The position numbers were made by a program, and so were the translations under genes. DNA of 64,000 bases, taken from positions 3,038,001 through 3,102,000 of the forward strand of contig NEEC01000012.1 of assembly GCA_002189035.1 (NCBI GenBank), read 5' to 3'. This DNA is from Utricularia gibba (taxonomy: Eukaryota; Plantae; Magnoliophyta). The first letter of the stretch is position 1, and every line of letters starts with the position of its first letter. The notes below the pieces were generated by a model, which did no database searches, was not told the DNA's origin, and saw only the letters and a program-made list of their open reading frames with translations. Positions 1 through 12,650 of the stretch are shown here, piece by piece.

Positions 1-171
1 TTTATCCCACTTTTTCTGATATGAATTCTTTAAGTTTCAAAATGAAAATTAATTAGAACAAAATTAACATCCTTTTAGTTATGTGAAATAATTGAAACAC
101 GTGATCAGAAAAAATGAAAACCTGATAGGAATGAGGGGAGGGGTTTCCATATAAATTCAAAATCTCCCCCA

Positions 172-2450
172 TTACCAGCACCAAGATTTGATGCAAGATC
201 CTGTGAACAGGTGACCTGCGAAACGTACCCGGTGCAGATGGCTTAGATCCCCCAGAAGGAAGTAAAGACGTGAAGTTTGCCCTTGAAAATCGTATGAGCT
301 GGGGCTGGCTCCTTTACTCTTTTCACATGACCAGCCTCCGCTGGCTGCCTTCTGCTTCTGCGTCTGCTTCAGCTTCTGTGTCCCACGTGGTATCTGTTTC
401 CCCTTAACTTTCTCCAATGAGCTCACTGTTTGCTTTCCGCAGTTCCCCTCTTTTCTTTTACTTTGGAATTTCACTGCACATTCCCGCACACACCCATATG
501 GGTTTCTGTGTGCTTCAAATGTTTGCCGTCCCTTTCTCATCTCTGATTCTCACGAAGACAGCGACCCTTCATCTTCCCTGTTGAGTTTAGTCAGTAATTC
601 TTCACTGTTCCTTGCTGGTATTCTTTTTCCTTTCAAATTTCTGATCTTTTGGAGCTCCAGCGTTCTTGCATCTCAATTTGTTTTTAAATATTGAATGGTT
701 TCGTGAGACGATCCTGAGTCTCGTGTTTCTTCTCCTCGCCCTACTTCTGAATCTTCACAAATAATGATTCGGGGAGTGGGGTTTAGGGTTTTTTGATAAA
801 GAAGCACGGCAGCCTTCGCCCGTCTGTCTTTCGTTCTTCTGGTGTTTCCCATTTGTTTTAACAAACATGTTTTAGAACTGCTTTATGGGTTGGTCTTGAA
901 TCCTTTAAAGCCGCAATTTTTGGCATGTCTAGGGCTAAAAAGTCGCGGATGAAGTTTTTTTAATGGGGTATTGTTTTTATTCATTAGTGGTCGCGGATGA
1001 AGGTTTGCTTTCCTTTTTCGGGTTTCTTGAAAACTTTATGCTTTGCTTGTGTCAAGGATTTTTTTTTCTTTTGTTCTCTAGGGTTTCGTTCAGATCTTGA
1101 ATCCAATGGATAAGATGGGGTTTCTATCAAAATCTTCGCGTGGTTTGAACAATCCTCTCTTCTGGTAAACACTGTTTAAAAGAACTGTACAAGGTCAGCT
1201 GCTTGATTTGATTACTCGGCTGCTTTTTTCTGTGGCAAGGAAAGGACTGACATTTTTCAAGAGTAGTCTTTTTTCTGCGTGATTTTGAGCTCTGGTTCTT
1301 CTTATTAATACGTAGAAGTTGTGTTTGTCCTCCGCCTACTTGTTCTTCCAGTCATACCAACGCCCAACACAATTCCCTGCTTGAACTCCAAGAACTGCAA
1401 GGCTTCCCTGTCAGTAGTTTAGTTTTTTTTTTTTTTTCCTTGAGGTGCACATACCATCGCCAAGGTGCGAGTCTTGAATGGCTCTTGTTTATTACATTGA
1501 AGGTTGGCTATTGAAACCGAAGACATTTGTTTATTTTCCAAGTAGTGGCTTTTTGGATACAAGCAAACGACACCCTTGAGCTTTGGAGCTGTTCTCATCA
1601 CCACACAGTGGAAAGAACTTTGTCTCTTTGGCTAAAGACCTTTGACACTGTAGAGAAGTCCCACGTTCCAAATGAAAAGCTTCTTCTTTTTGCTGGTTTT
1701 TTTTTTCTTTGAAGGAGGTGCCCTACAGGAGGAGCTTTCTTCAGCCCATTCAGGGGTGAGACACCGAGGCTGAACTAGCTGCCGGCTCATTCTCTTGAGC
1801 GCGCATCAGAATGGAACAGACCATTCCGGTGTGGTTGAGTGAATGATGCGGGAGATGGTTCCATGCCTCTCTCCCTCTCTGGTTGGACTGAAGGGAGCTC
1901 CTTCATGTTCCCCTCCTCCATGTTTTAACTTGAGACGCTGCTCCCAACCCAACATTGTTCATTCTGAGTGTTGTCACTGCTGTGAATCCCATGGATTAGT
2001 CCATGTTCTGTGCTGGCTTTTGGGTAGCTCCAAGGCAGGTCCTGGTTTACAAAAGGTTTTGTTCTTGTTGACTGCAGTCAAGATCCAACAGAGACTGGAG
2101 CTCATTTGCTGGTTTGTTTCAGTCAGCAGTACCTACCACTTTTCACTTTGTGATGAGTTCACTCCCTGGTACTTTATTTCCGGTTGGTTTCACCACAGTA
2201 AATGGTTCCTTTTTTTTACAGTTACCTGAAACACCAAGCAGGCATGCTCATTATACTGGGTGTCGTAGGTCCCTCCCAACTGGAAGAGCTTGAAGAAGCC
2301 CTAAGCACTTTGCTGGGAGGCTGGCCTGTAGCATCATCATCACTACACACGTTTTGTTTCTTGGAGCTGCCGAGACTGCTGTTCTATGGAGTGTTTGCTT
2401 CCCATGACGACATTTACTTTGTTACTGTAAAATCAAAACGCAGTCAGTGA
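172..2450 (-). pseudogene. Degenerate coding-like region (Lys/Ser-rich), family not identified
   Basis: Minus strand is purine-rich with protein-like stretches (e.g. NSSLGSSKKQNVCSDDDATGQPPSKVLRASSSSSSWEGP; GVSGNCKKKEPFTVVKPTGNKVPGSEL) but in-frame stops occur in all three frames; acceptor-like ttttacag near 2425. Boundaries approximate. Confidence 0.3.
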
Positions 2451-4188
2451 CAATTTTCAGAAGCAGAAACCAGAAAGCAGCGGAGACCGATTCCACATCT
2501 GGATTAGATACAACCTGGCAAATGCAGAATGACCCTAGGGTTCTAAATTGGTACATTGCATCTAAATCGTTGATTGGAATCCGCTGTCCCCAGTTTCGAT
2601 TTGCAAGCATGGAGATGAGTCTTGGTCATTTTATTGCCCCAATGGTTGCCGGTGATTCCGGCCGTAGGCGGATCTCTGCTCGGTCGACATTTTGGAATCT
2701 TCAAACCGTTGATGTTTCATGTCGGCGTGAATTGGCGACACGACGGGTCGGAAGCAGCAAAGCCGCCTCAAAGATGGAGACACCGAATAAGCAAGCTGGC
2801 CGTAGTGTATGCCGGCGTCTGCAAAGTTCCACGCCGGGAAAACATCCCCACTGCTGTGTGGGAGAAGGTTGGTGCACTGTGTGTTTCCGATAGCGGAGCC
2901 GAGTCGAGCCCTAAATTTCTCGATTAGTATCTAATCACGCACTAAGTGTAATTAATATATTTAGTGTGTTTTATAGATGATTTCAATTAATAATATACCT
3001 AAATTATTTATTTTTAAATAAACACATGTGTTAAGATATCAAGTATATAACATATTTAAAATGACTATTATATTTAATAAATATATTAAAAATATGGATG
3101 GCGAAGTGTAATAATGTACATTTAATCAGGAGATAATTGCCCTGCAAAGTAGGGAGCACCACTATTCATCTGTGAGGGTGACCACACGGAGCAAAAACTC
3201 CAACTGCAGCCCAACGGATGTCTTTCAGTTGGCCACCCCGCCGGGCCATCTCACGGGCCGCTCAATTATTTTTTAATAATGATTAGTATTATTAAGCTCG
3301 TTTATGGGGATAATAAGCGCAGCTTAATCTACACTTAACCTCACTCACATCCGCCACGACGTCGTTTTACTCTCATTTGTTTTTGTTGGCACTCGGAAAA
3401 GACGTTTTTTTTTTGGTTGCGGTTGCTCTGTTGTCAAGCAACATGTACGCGGTCGCTTTTTTTCCTTTCTCCTTTGGCGCATTTTTGAAAAGCGGGAGAG
3501 CTTCTCCACGGACCCTCTCCCTGGCGGAATCCAATATCGGGCTTTCTGTATGTAATGCAAGTCCTCTCTGTGTTGCACTGATGATTTGGTTACTATGATA
3601 ATGGAATCATATGGTTTGTTTGAATTATGCAGGGTAGGATTTGAGCTCCGGTGCTGCGGTGGGGGCTGTGCTTTCTTTTGTCGGTCGCTGACGAGGTAAC
3701 TACCCTGGTTTCTGCATGAGGTTAGATCTGATGTACGGGAGGTAATAAATAGTAGCTTCTCCCCATTACATTTCTGTCTTCGTTTGGTGGATTGGTTGGT
3801 AAATGGCTCCTGCTTTTTGGGTGTTCTTTTTCTTTTTACCCCTCATTTCCTTTCGATGGATTTTGGATTCTTTCCTTCCTCTTTTTTTTGGAGGGGGTGG
3901 GGGTATGGAGTGGACTGATGATCCTGTTTTTATGCTACATTTTGTGGGTTTGGAATGCTTTCTAAGATCTACTCAATGGGATATCTTTGTATCACAGGTT
4001 TGCCAGATGTGTGGACAGGAGGGGCGCTGCAGTTTTGGATGGATAAAGCTTGAATTTTCCAGGGTAACGCTGCACTTTGTTGCTTAAATAACCACTCTCA
4101 GCACCATGTGTGGGAGGTTAAGTGTATCATTCGAAAGGAAGACTATTTTTCAGAGTCCTCGTCGGCCTTCAGACATAATTAGTTGAAG

Positions 4189-7100
4189 ATGGAGACAGTA
4201 ATTGACCCGAATACTACACTTGATTACATTGAGTTCCGTATCTTCCCAAGCTTGAACAGGTTGCACTTCATACCGAGCATAACTTTTCGTATATCTACTC
4301 TTTAGTCAGATGAGCATTGCTTGAAGAATGCCTAGTATATGTTCATATGCTGGATGATTACTTTATGGCAATTCTGCTTTGCTGTTTTTCAGTTCATTCT
4401 CTGATTCTTTATGGTGTATTGTTTTGTATTTTTGTCAAAGGTACGAGACATGGGTATACTGTGATGATAAGAAAGAGAATGTGGCATCTGACACTTTGGA
4501 CCGTCTATTGCGGCATTCATCTGAAGCCAATTCATTGCATTCAAAAGGATCCAACTTCAAGTTTGTCCTCAGTACTCCATCAGGGATATCAAACGTTACA
4601 TGGTTTACGAAATCCACATTGATAAGGCATGTTTGTGCTTTTGATTTCACCTTTGTCGACTAAGATGATTAGTGACTGTTTTTATCATTCGTTAAGGATT
4701 GGTTTTCTTATCAAACAGGTTTCTTCAAATTCTTGGTTCAACAGTTGTATTGGAAGCAAGCAAAACATTGAAAAATGAAATCATCCAGCTTGAGGAGACC
4801 CGAAGATTTCATCTCTCGTTGTATAAAATGGTAAAGCTCTCTGGAATTTCTTTTCACTGGTATGATAGAATCAAAGCCATTAATAATGGTTTTCTTTCTA
4901 CTTGTTTTGGCAGAGTGCAGAGTCTCAAGTAACAGATGAGGGCTCTAGTAATATATTCATAGTTCATAATATTTGTGTAGACTGCATCGTATTTATGTTT
5001 TCACACTTCCTTTTTCTTTCTTCTTCTGTTAGTGAATAGCTACTCTAACGGTTTAGCCATGTCGCAAAATGTGAGTGAACCCTTTTTTTGTTCCTTTTGT
5101 TTTCCAAAGCTACTTTTTAAACTCTTCTAATGACTTCAAAAAAATGGATTTTTTTCCCAGGCTGAAGGTTCAGAATCATCCAAGTATGTTTTTGTCATTT
5201 CCCTGGCGCGGTTGTCATGCTGTTGGTTACCATGACCTGCGATCTTTTTCTTATTCCACCAGGAATGAGTTGTTGCGTGCCGTGGATCTACGGCTTTCCG
5301 CTCTGAAAGAAAAACTTGTTGCTTCTTTTGATCAAGTTTCTGGATCACAATACTCTATGGCAGATATGATTGATATTCAAAAGTTTGCTGAGAACTTTCG
5401 CTCTGCAGACTTGAGGTATGGTAAACTCTTTTGGAAGTGTAGGATATTGTCTAATCTGCTGATATCAGTAAAAAAACATGTTCAATGTTAATCCCAATTG
5501 TCGAATCTTCACTACAGTGATGCATTGCTGAAGTATATAGAACTGAGACAACTCCGTGAGGCAGCTGAAACTTTGACCAGCAAAAGATCATGGGGCACTA
5601 AAATAGCTGGGCCAGAAGAATCATATGGCCATGCCAGTGAATCATCGTTGTGTGAGCTGCGAGTACAGTATGCTGCCTCACCTGCAAAAGCTGCGCTTGT
5701 GGAAAGGCAAAGCTCTAGTGATGGTGAAAAATCTTCTCTGAGTGAGGAGGAACAACCTTCTGTGGAAAGAAGCCGCACTCTTGCTAGATCGTTTTCACCG
5801 AGGAGATCAGCATCACCAATGAGAAGGATACAGATTGGAAGAACTGGATCTCGGAGGTCCACTGCCATAACTATTAAAAGCTTGAATTTTTTCCCTGCAA
5901 GAGACAGATCATTCATGACCAGAGATGCAGAGTCAGATAGCGGTGGTGAAGAATCTGAGCGAGCAATTCAAAAACCTGAAAATAATGCGAAGAGAATGAG
6001 CGTGCAGGATGCTATTCATCTATTTGAAAGCAAGCAAAGGGATCAACTGGTGGATGTCCATAAGGTAAAGTCATCCGGGACTACTTCTGTTGGACCTAGT
6101 AAATCTGTACTGAGGAGATGGAGTAGTGGAGTAGCTGAAGATACATCATCCCCCAAGATATTCCTGTTGAGTCTATCACAAAGGATAATCATATTGATGT
6201 AGAATGTGAAGAAGGGAGCAATGTTAAACTTCAAAATGAAGGCATACCAGATGTATCAGAGGACAAACCTATTGATCACTGTTCAGATGTGAAGTTGAAC
6301 TCAAATGAAGTGGCACGTGTTTCTAATGAAATGCAAGTGGAATGCTGTGTAACTGAATCAACTGGCGCTGGTGACAGATTAGTTACATCATCTGAGTGGA
6401 GCCAACAAAGGGAAGCAGAACTGAATGAGCTAATGATGAAGATGATGGAAAGTAAGCCTGTGAAAAAGCGAACTGTGCTCGCTAGCACCAAAAGGACAGA
6501 CCAGCATGCTGAAAAAAAGGGTGATTTTTATGATCGCTACAAGGAGAAGAGGGATGAAAAACTCCTGGCATCATCGACCAGAAATCTCATGGATAAAAAG
6601 ACGGTGTCAAAAGCAGTGAAAAAAGTTAGTGAACCAAAAAAATCACAAGTTGCCTCAGTGGTCAAAAGTGATGGTGGTAAAAAGCTTCTCCCCAAGAAGC
6701 TTCATGAACAACATAAGAACACAGTAGAACCTGCAAATAAAACTGGAAGTGCTCCAGCTGGGATCCTCAAGAAGGCACCTCCAAAATCATCCTCTTTGCC
6801 TGCAACGCGCAAGTCATGGCCATCACTGTCACCCAGCGTGACAGATGGGTCACCTGCTAAAGCTTCTGGTGTAACATCTTCTACCGGTAAAGTGCCAACT
6901 CGTAGAAGATCAGAGACAACGCCATCAGCGCGCCAATCTAGCCCAAAAGTAGATATGTCCCCTGTTCAGGCTAAATCTGTGAAACCAAATAAGACTGATC
7001 ACACAAAAAGTTCTGGGAGTGCAACTGGAAAGAAGCAACAGTCTGTAGTAAAAACCGGGAAAATGGCCGAGAGCAAACCTCAGGCTTCCTCCAATAAACT

Positions 7101-8282
7101 TGCTTCCTATACCAAGCCTAACAAGTTTACAAAGAAGAGCGCTGTTGTGCCTCTGGAACCAAAGCCATTTCTTCGGAAAGGTTCAGGAACTACCTCCGCT
7201 GCTGATTCAACCATAGACAAAAAACCATCTTCTGATTTTCAGGAACCATCAAGGATTTCCGGAGATCTGAATGTCATGGATGAGACTCAACCCGTTAACG
7301 GTTCTTCTGAGCTTGTAATTGAGAAAGGAGAAGGGTCGTCACATGCCGAAATGGATGTTGATGCAACTGACGAAGAGGATAGTGCTGCAAGACGTCCTCA
7401 GAAATTTGAAACGGAGGATATAGGTCTCTCTGAACCTGTTTCTCTAGATATTATGCACGTCACAGTGGCTGAGGAGCTGGAAAAAGGGAATGATGATCTC
7501 ACCATATCACCTACAGCTTGGGTTGAAACAGAAGAGCCTGGAAATCATTGCGATACCTCTGTGCAAACCGTGGAATTGCCAGCTCATGTAAATGCACTTA
7601 GTCCTCGAGTCCGGCATTCTCTCTCACAAATGCTCCTTGAGGAGACAAATGAGCATGATGTAGGCGACTCGGGAAATGCAGAGAATCCACAGCCATTGGT
7701 CTCCCTAAAGGATACACAAAAAGGATTGAAGAGGCTGTTAAAATTTGCTCGCAAGGGTAAAACTGATGCGAACTCAGCTGGCTGGTCCACTCCATCCGTG
7801 ATTTCTGAAGGAGAAGATGACGCAGAAGATCCAAGGTTAGTGAACAAGCAAAATAATGAGAAGTTACCAAGGAAGGGAACTCAACATCCCAAAACTGGTG
7901 GACAACAAAAAAGTACAGCTGGTGATGAGAAGTCAGGTACGTGATTTCCTTTAAATCAGTTTGTTGCCATCAAGTTCTATGTGAAACCCAAAGATGGGAG
8001 CATTTCCGAGTTCCCAATCTACACTCAAGGTATACCCTGATGTATGAATATATTTTCATTTAAGGTCAAGGTAATGACAGTAGGTTCAGTGGCCAATCTC
8101 TTCAGCGTGAGCGCCAGGGGAGCAATGCTTCTGCTACAGTAACCACAGTCAAAGGTCAGTAGATTTGTTCTTGCCTGGTGGTGTTGCTGTTCTATATGCT
8201 GGAAAATTCAATCCCTCTTTTTATCTGTCCTTCAACAGCAAGATCATTCTTCTCACTTTCCGCATTTAAAAGCAGCAAATAG
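4189..8282 (+). CDS. COP1-interacting protein 7 (CIP7)-like protein, multi-exon; apparent 1-nt frameshift at 6150-6154
   Basis: Spliced [24 protein letters not shown]|[16 protein letters not shown]|FLQILG; family-typical motifs [58 protein letters not shown] and terminal [14 protein letters not shown] (8239-8282). ORFs 5498-6202 and 6289-7944 join across a C5 run. Penultimate exon uncertain. Confidence 0.85.
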
Positions 8283-8857
8283 GCTAACCAGATAGAATTG
8301 CGTACCGTCCGTTCGCTACTTCCCAGATCGACACCTTGGCTGCTTCTCTTGCCATTTTCACCCTGTAGGGGGGCAATGTGGAATTTTTTTCCCACCTGAA
8401 GTATCACTGATGTGCATTGTTGACTCTTGGTATTCGGTTTGAAGCATACAAAGTAATATGAAACCTAACCTATTATTATGTTCCAGATCTCATGAAATTT
8501 GAAAAAGCATCTCCTGGTATATTTTGAAAACATGCATATGTTTATATGATACTCTGTAGAATTAACTTATAAAAAAGAAACAATTAATCTAGTTAAAGAA
8601 CACAGCTTGCCCTTGCAAGGGATGATGGGTTGAACTAACATAGAATATGAATCTGGTGGCATGCAAGAACAGAAAAGAAGATAACAAGAATGGTATGAAA
8701 GTTTCCAATCATAATTATCGTCATCAACAAAAGAAGCGCATCAACATGGAGTTGGTCAATGTTTATTCAGGATATCCCTTGAAATCAGAGCACCAGATTC
8801 CACCAACGGGTTACGAAAAAAAGGAAAACAGTAGAGAGCTGATGATTTTGTCACCCC

Positions 8858-10078
8858 TTAACCAGTCAAGGCAGAGTTGAGGGCGCTGTGTACATCCACC
8901 CCAATTTGTGCTTCTGCTTTCTCCAAATCAGTGGATGCAGTGTTCAGCTTTTGCAGGAACTCGGCTAGGCCCTTCTGGACCAAAGCTTGATCAATCTGAT
9001 CCAGAGGGGTGGCCTCGACAGCGATTATATCTGCAACTGAGTTTGCATGGACGAAGGCAAACCCCCGCTCACGAAATACTTGGTCACATCATTACCTTCA
9101 TGAACGGTTAAGAGACCTGGTTTGAGCTCAGCAATGGTAGCTACGTGACCAGGCAAAACACCCATCTGTCCTGTGGTTGCCGGGACTATTACCATATCAA
9201 CCTCAAGGATACAATGAGAGAGAAATAGGTCAGTACAAAGTTAAAAATAAACAAGAAACGACACTTCAAAACATCCTGGCGAAGACAAACGAGTGAAGAC
9301 TCAGCTTGCTTCTGCAGCCACTTAGCTTAAACATTGGTTCGATAAAATGAAAAAAATTGGAACCTTTAAAAGAGTGAAATTTTGCAAACAGGAAGTTTAT
9401 ATTTTGAACTGAGATTCGTTTTATTTCTGCGACCGAGAAAATTTAACTTATATTGTAACAGAATGAAACCGCGCATCATTTTGCAAATGGTGTTTTTATG
9501 TTTTTGAATTGTGACTCAGTTTCATCAGCAGTCAAGTAAATAAAATTTAGGATTTCATAAAAAAATAACATTTGGAAACTCGTGAAAATGGAAAGCATCT
9601 GAATTCAAAACACAAACTATCAGATTAAGAAAATGCAAATGCCCAAGTCCATCAAATGTGGAAAAAGCCCCCAACACCAACCCCCCCCCCCCCCCCCCTT
9701 CCCAATCCAATATCAGCATAGTCAATAAATCGGAAGCATACGGAATTGCAATATCCGATAGCTTTAAATGAACAATCAAAAAAAAAAAAAAACGTAACAT
9801 TTAACGAATACCTGTTTTCCTGAAAGGACGGAATTATAGGGAAGAACTAAATTGACAGTAAGCTTCGATGGGATGGTTGATGGAATCGGTGGGCGGGGAA
9901 CCATGTAAGCTGAGGGCGTTTTTGGTGGATCTAAGTTTGGAGCCACCTTCTTCCATGCTTCGATGAATTTGGAGTCCCCAGTCGTCGCCGCCGGAAAATC
10001 GGTGGAGAATCGTCGGCCCCGCCGCGCCCATTCCGCCGAGGCTCGGCTAACAATATATCTTGAACCCCGTCGCAGCAT
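8858..10078 (-). CDS. Mitochondrial F1 ATP synthase subunit delta' (At5g47030-type), 2 exons (10078-9812, 9201-8858); apparent frameshift at 9059-9066
   Basis: Presequence plus [34 protein letters not shown]; exon 2 [35 protein letters not shown][fs][31 protein letters not shown]; GT-AG intron 9811-9202. Confidence 0.95.
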
Positions 10079-10177
10079 TTTGAGAAAGGAATTCGAGTGA
10101 CGATTTGGGGACGAAGTGTACGAAAACCGAGCAGAAACGTACCAACTAAAACGTTAAGAGCAACCCCAATTGTTTGA

Positions 10178-10238
10178 TGGGCCCGTTCCCAATCCAACTT
10201 ATTGGGCCTTCCAACGCAAATGGTCCTAATCCAGCCCA
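10178..10238. promoter_or_regulatory. Cluster of three site II (TGGGCY) elements upstream of ATP synthase delta'
   Basis: TGGGCC at 10178 and 10203 and AGCCCA at 10233, 100-160 bp upstream of the ATG at 10078; site II elements are typical of plant nuclear respiratory-chain gene promoters. Confidence 0.6.
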
Positions 10239-10415
10239 ATCCGTCACGGCCTGCTACTTATGCACACACGAGTAAAATAATTACGGGATTTACCCGATAT
10301 TTAGATTTATTGCAGTAACGTACTACGTAAAACGTCGCCGTTTGTTTATTACACGGAAGGGAAGTCCGTACATCCTCTGATCATTGGACAGGTGCTCTCT
10401 CTTCTTTTTAGACTG

Positions 10416-12176
10416 CTACACTGAAGCTGGCTGCTTAGCCTTCGCAGCTTCGAGACGAGCTGCCACAACTTCCCAGGAAATCAGCTTCTCCACAAAAGTG
10501 GATATGTAATCAGGGCGCCGGTTCTACAAACACCAAAATGCCATTGATTGATTGATTAAGGAAAAAGCTTGATGTGGTCATGGGAAAGGAGACTAACCTG
10601 GAAATCAAGGTAGTAAGCATGCTGCAACACAAACAGAGAAAAAAAAAAGGAAATAATGATCATCAGTTGCAAAAACTACTATGGAACTGGAAGGACTGTG
10701 AGAAGAACGTACCTCCCAGACATCTAGTGTAAGCAGTGGCTGCGAGAACAGGATCAAAATGAATCAATTTCTGGTATAGAATACTTGGGGATGTGGTAAA
10801 AAGATGTAGAGTTAAGAAGAAAATCTGGAAACGAGAGCAAGTGTTGGCTGAAAGAGAGAAGAGCTTGAGAATTGTGACAAAGATGCAGCTGTTTTGTTTT
10901 CAATGCCTCATTTTAGTGTCCACTGAAAATGGAGAGGTTTATGCTTACAGTGTAATCCTGCACAAGAGGATTTATCGCGTTTGGGGTCTTTAAAACTTGA
11001 AGATTCTTGCCCCCTTCAGAAGGAGAAGCGTTGTCTGCAATGTAAGAGGCGAAGTGGTAAGCAGAGCTTCATCTCCATTTCATTAGAGCAGCAGATGTGT
11101 GATAACAGAAGAAGATATAGTTCTTACAAACAAGCCACGCCCATCCAGATCCGAATTGTGTTGCTGCAGCAGCCTTAAACTCATTGACAAATGTCTCATA
11201 AGAGCCAAAGTCTCTGTTAATCAACTCCAGAATTTCACCAGACGGCAGACCTCCACCACCTGGTTTCATGGATTCCCAAAAGAATGCGTGATTCCAGGCC
11301 TGCCATGAGAAAACAAGACGGGTTAAAAGAACAACTGAGGCTCTAGAGAATCATCAGGCATAGAATTTCATCACACATACTTGGGCAGCATTGTTGAAAG
11401 GTGGGAGGAGATCGCCCTTGTTATAAGTGAGCAGAATTATTTCCTCTAAAGTCTTTTCATCGAGCTCTGTACCAGTTATTTGCTTATTGAGGTTATCAAC
11501 ATACGCTCTGTGATGCTTACCCCAATGGAACTCAAATGTTTGACGGCTCATAAGAGGTTCCAACGAGTCCTGCATTCAACCCACAAGCATTCACTACACT
11601 CGTCATATTAGCAAACTACAGGTTTCATAAACTGAACAGCATATCTCAAAAAATATCTTAAACAATCCATCTTTGGGTAGGTAAACAATACATCTTACTT
11701 CCAATAAGAGAAAGAAATACTTGACAACATTATTACAGAAGCAGAGAATATCCTAGCAACCAAACAAGGACTTCAAGTCTTACAAGTGAGTATGGAGGGG
11801 GCTGAAGTTCAACTTTTGCTGTTATAACACCCCTTACAGCTTTCTTCGAATTGCATTTCTACGCAGTCACATCCGGGTTGTGTTAATAAAACAGAAGAAA
11901 TGAGAGAAATTAAAGGAACTTGAAGAAGAACATATTTTCTCACTCGACACTTCAAATGCTAGCATAAACCCATATAATGCAAACACAGTACACTCACTTG
12001 GTTCGTTCTGGCTTGGAAGCCCCGTGAAGACCCACAAAATCCTGACAAACCGAAATCAGCACAAAGAAAAAAAAGGCTAATTCGAAGCACTGCGACATAG
12101 AAAAAGTTACACCTTGGAGGGAGATTAAACCGCATTTCGAAGGAGCAGAAACCGCCGCTGCAAGTGAGGTGGCCAT
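10416..12176 (-). CDS. FSD: Iron superoxide dismutase with plastid transit peptide, multi-exon
   Basis: [14 protein letters not shown] transit peptide; [21 protein letters not shown]; [17 protein letters not shown]; [13 protein letters not shown]; PLLTLDVWE|HAYYLDFQ|NRRPDYI..KQPASV*; all four metal ligands present. Confidence 0.95.
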
Positions 12177-12650
12177 CGCAAGTTCCAGCCGAGGAATCCA
12201 AATGAGCGGGTGTTGACCTCGCGCTGTGGGTATGGAGAGGCTTAATCGGCACCGCACACTGCACCCCTTAATCTAAGCCGTCAAAAAAATATTTGCAAAT
12301 GGACCCCTTGATTTATCCATTTTTGTAACCTCAGGGTGAGGGAGAAGACAAGGAATCCTGATGCCACTGTATTCAAGAATGGACGATCTCTCTTTGCCCT
12401 TTCGAATTTCTTCCAAAAACATACCTTTTGGGTTTGATGTTTATATGGTTTGAAAGCAAAACAAATATGCATCCTGCCATCTGCTTGTGCACTCGGATAG
12501 ATCAAGAAATGAATCTTTTGTTATATGTGTTTCTGCATTTTTTTACCATCGTGGCAAAATGCAAATGGATTCTTTACAGTGGCGTAGGAGCAACTGTTCG
12601 ATGTACAGAAGGAAACAAGATTGTCCCTATGAAACACATTCAAGATCAAC

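Noticed and set aside
11010-11014. Suspected frameshifts in FeSOD (11010) and ACS12 (55420)
   Set aside because: On recount the runs are C5 and C4 and both frames are intact.
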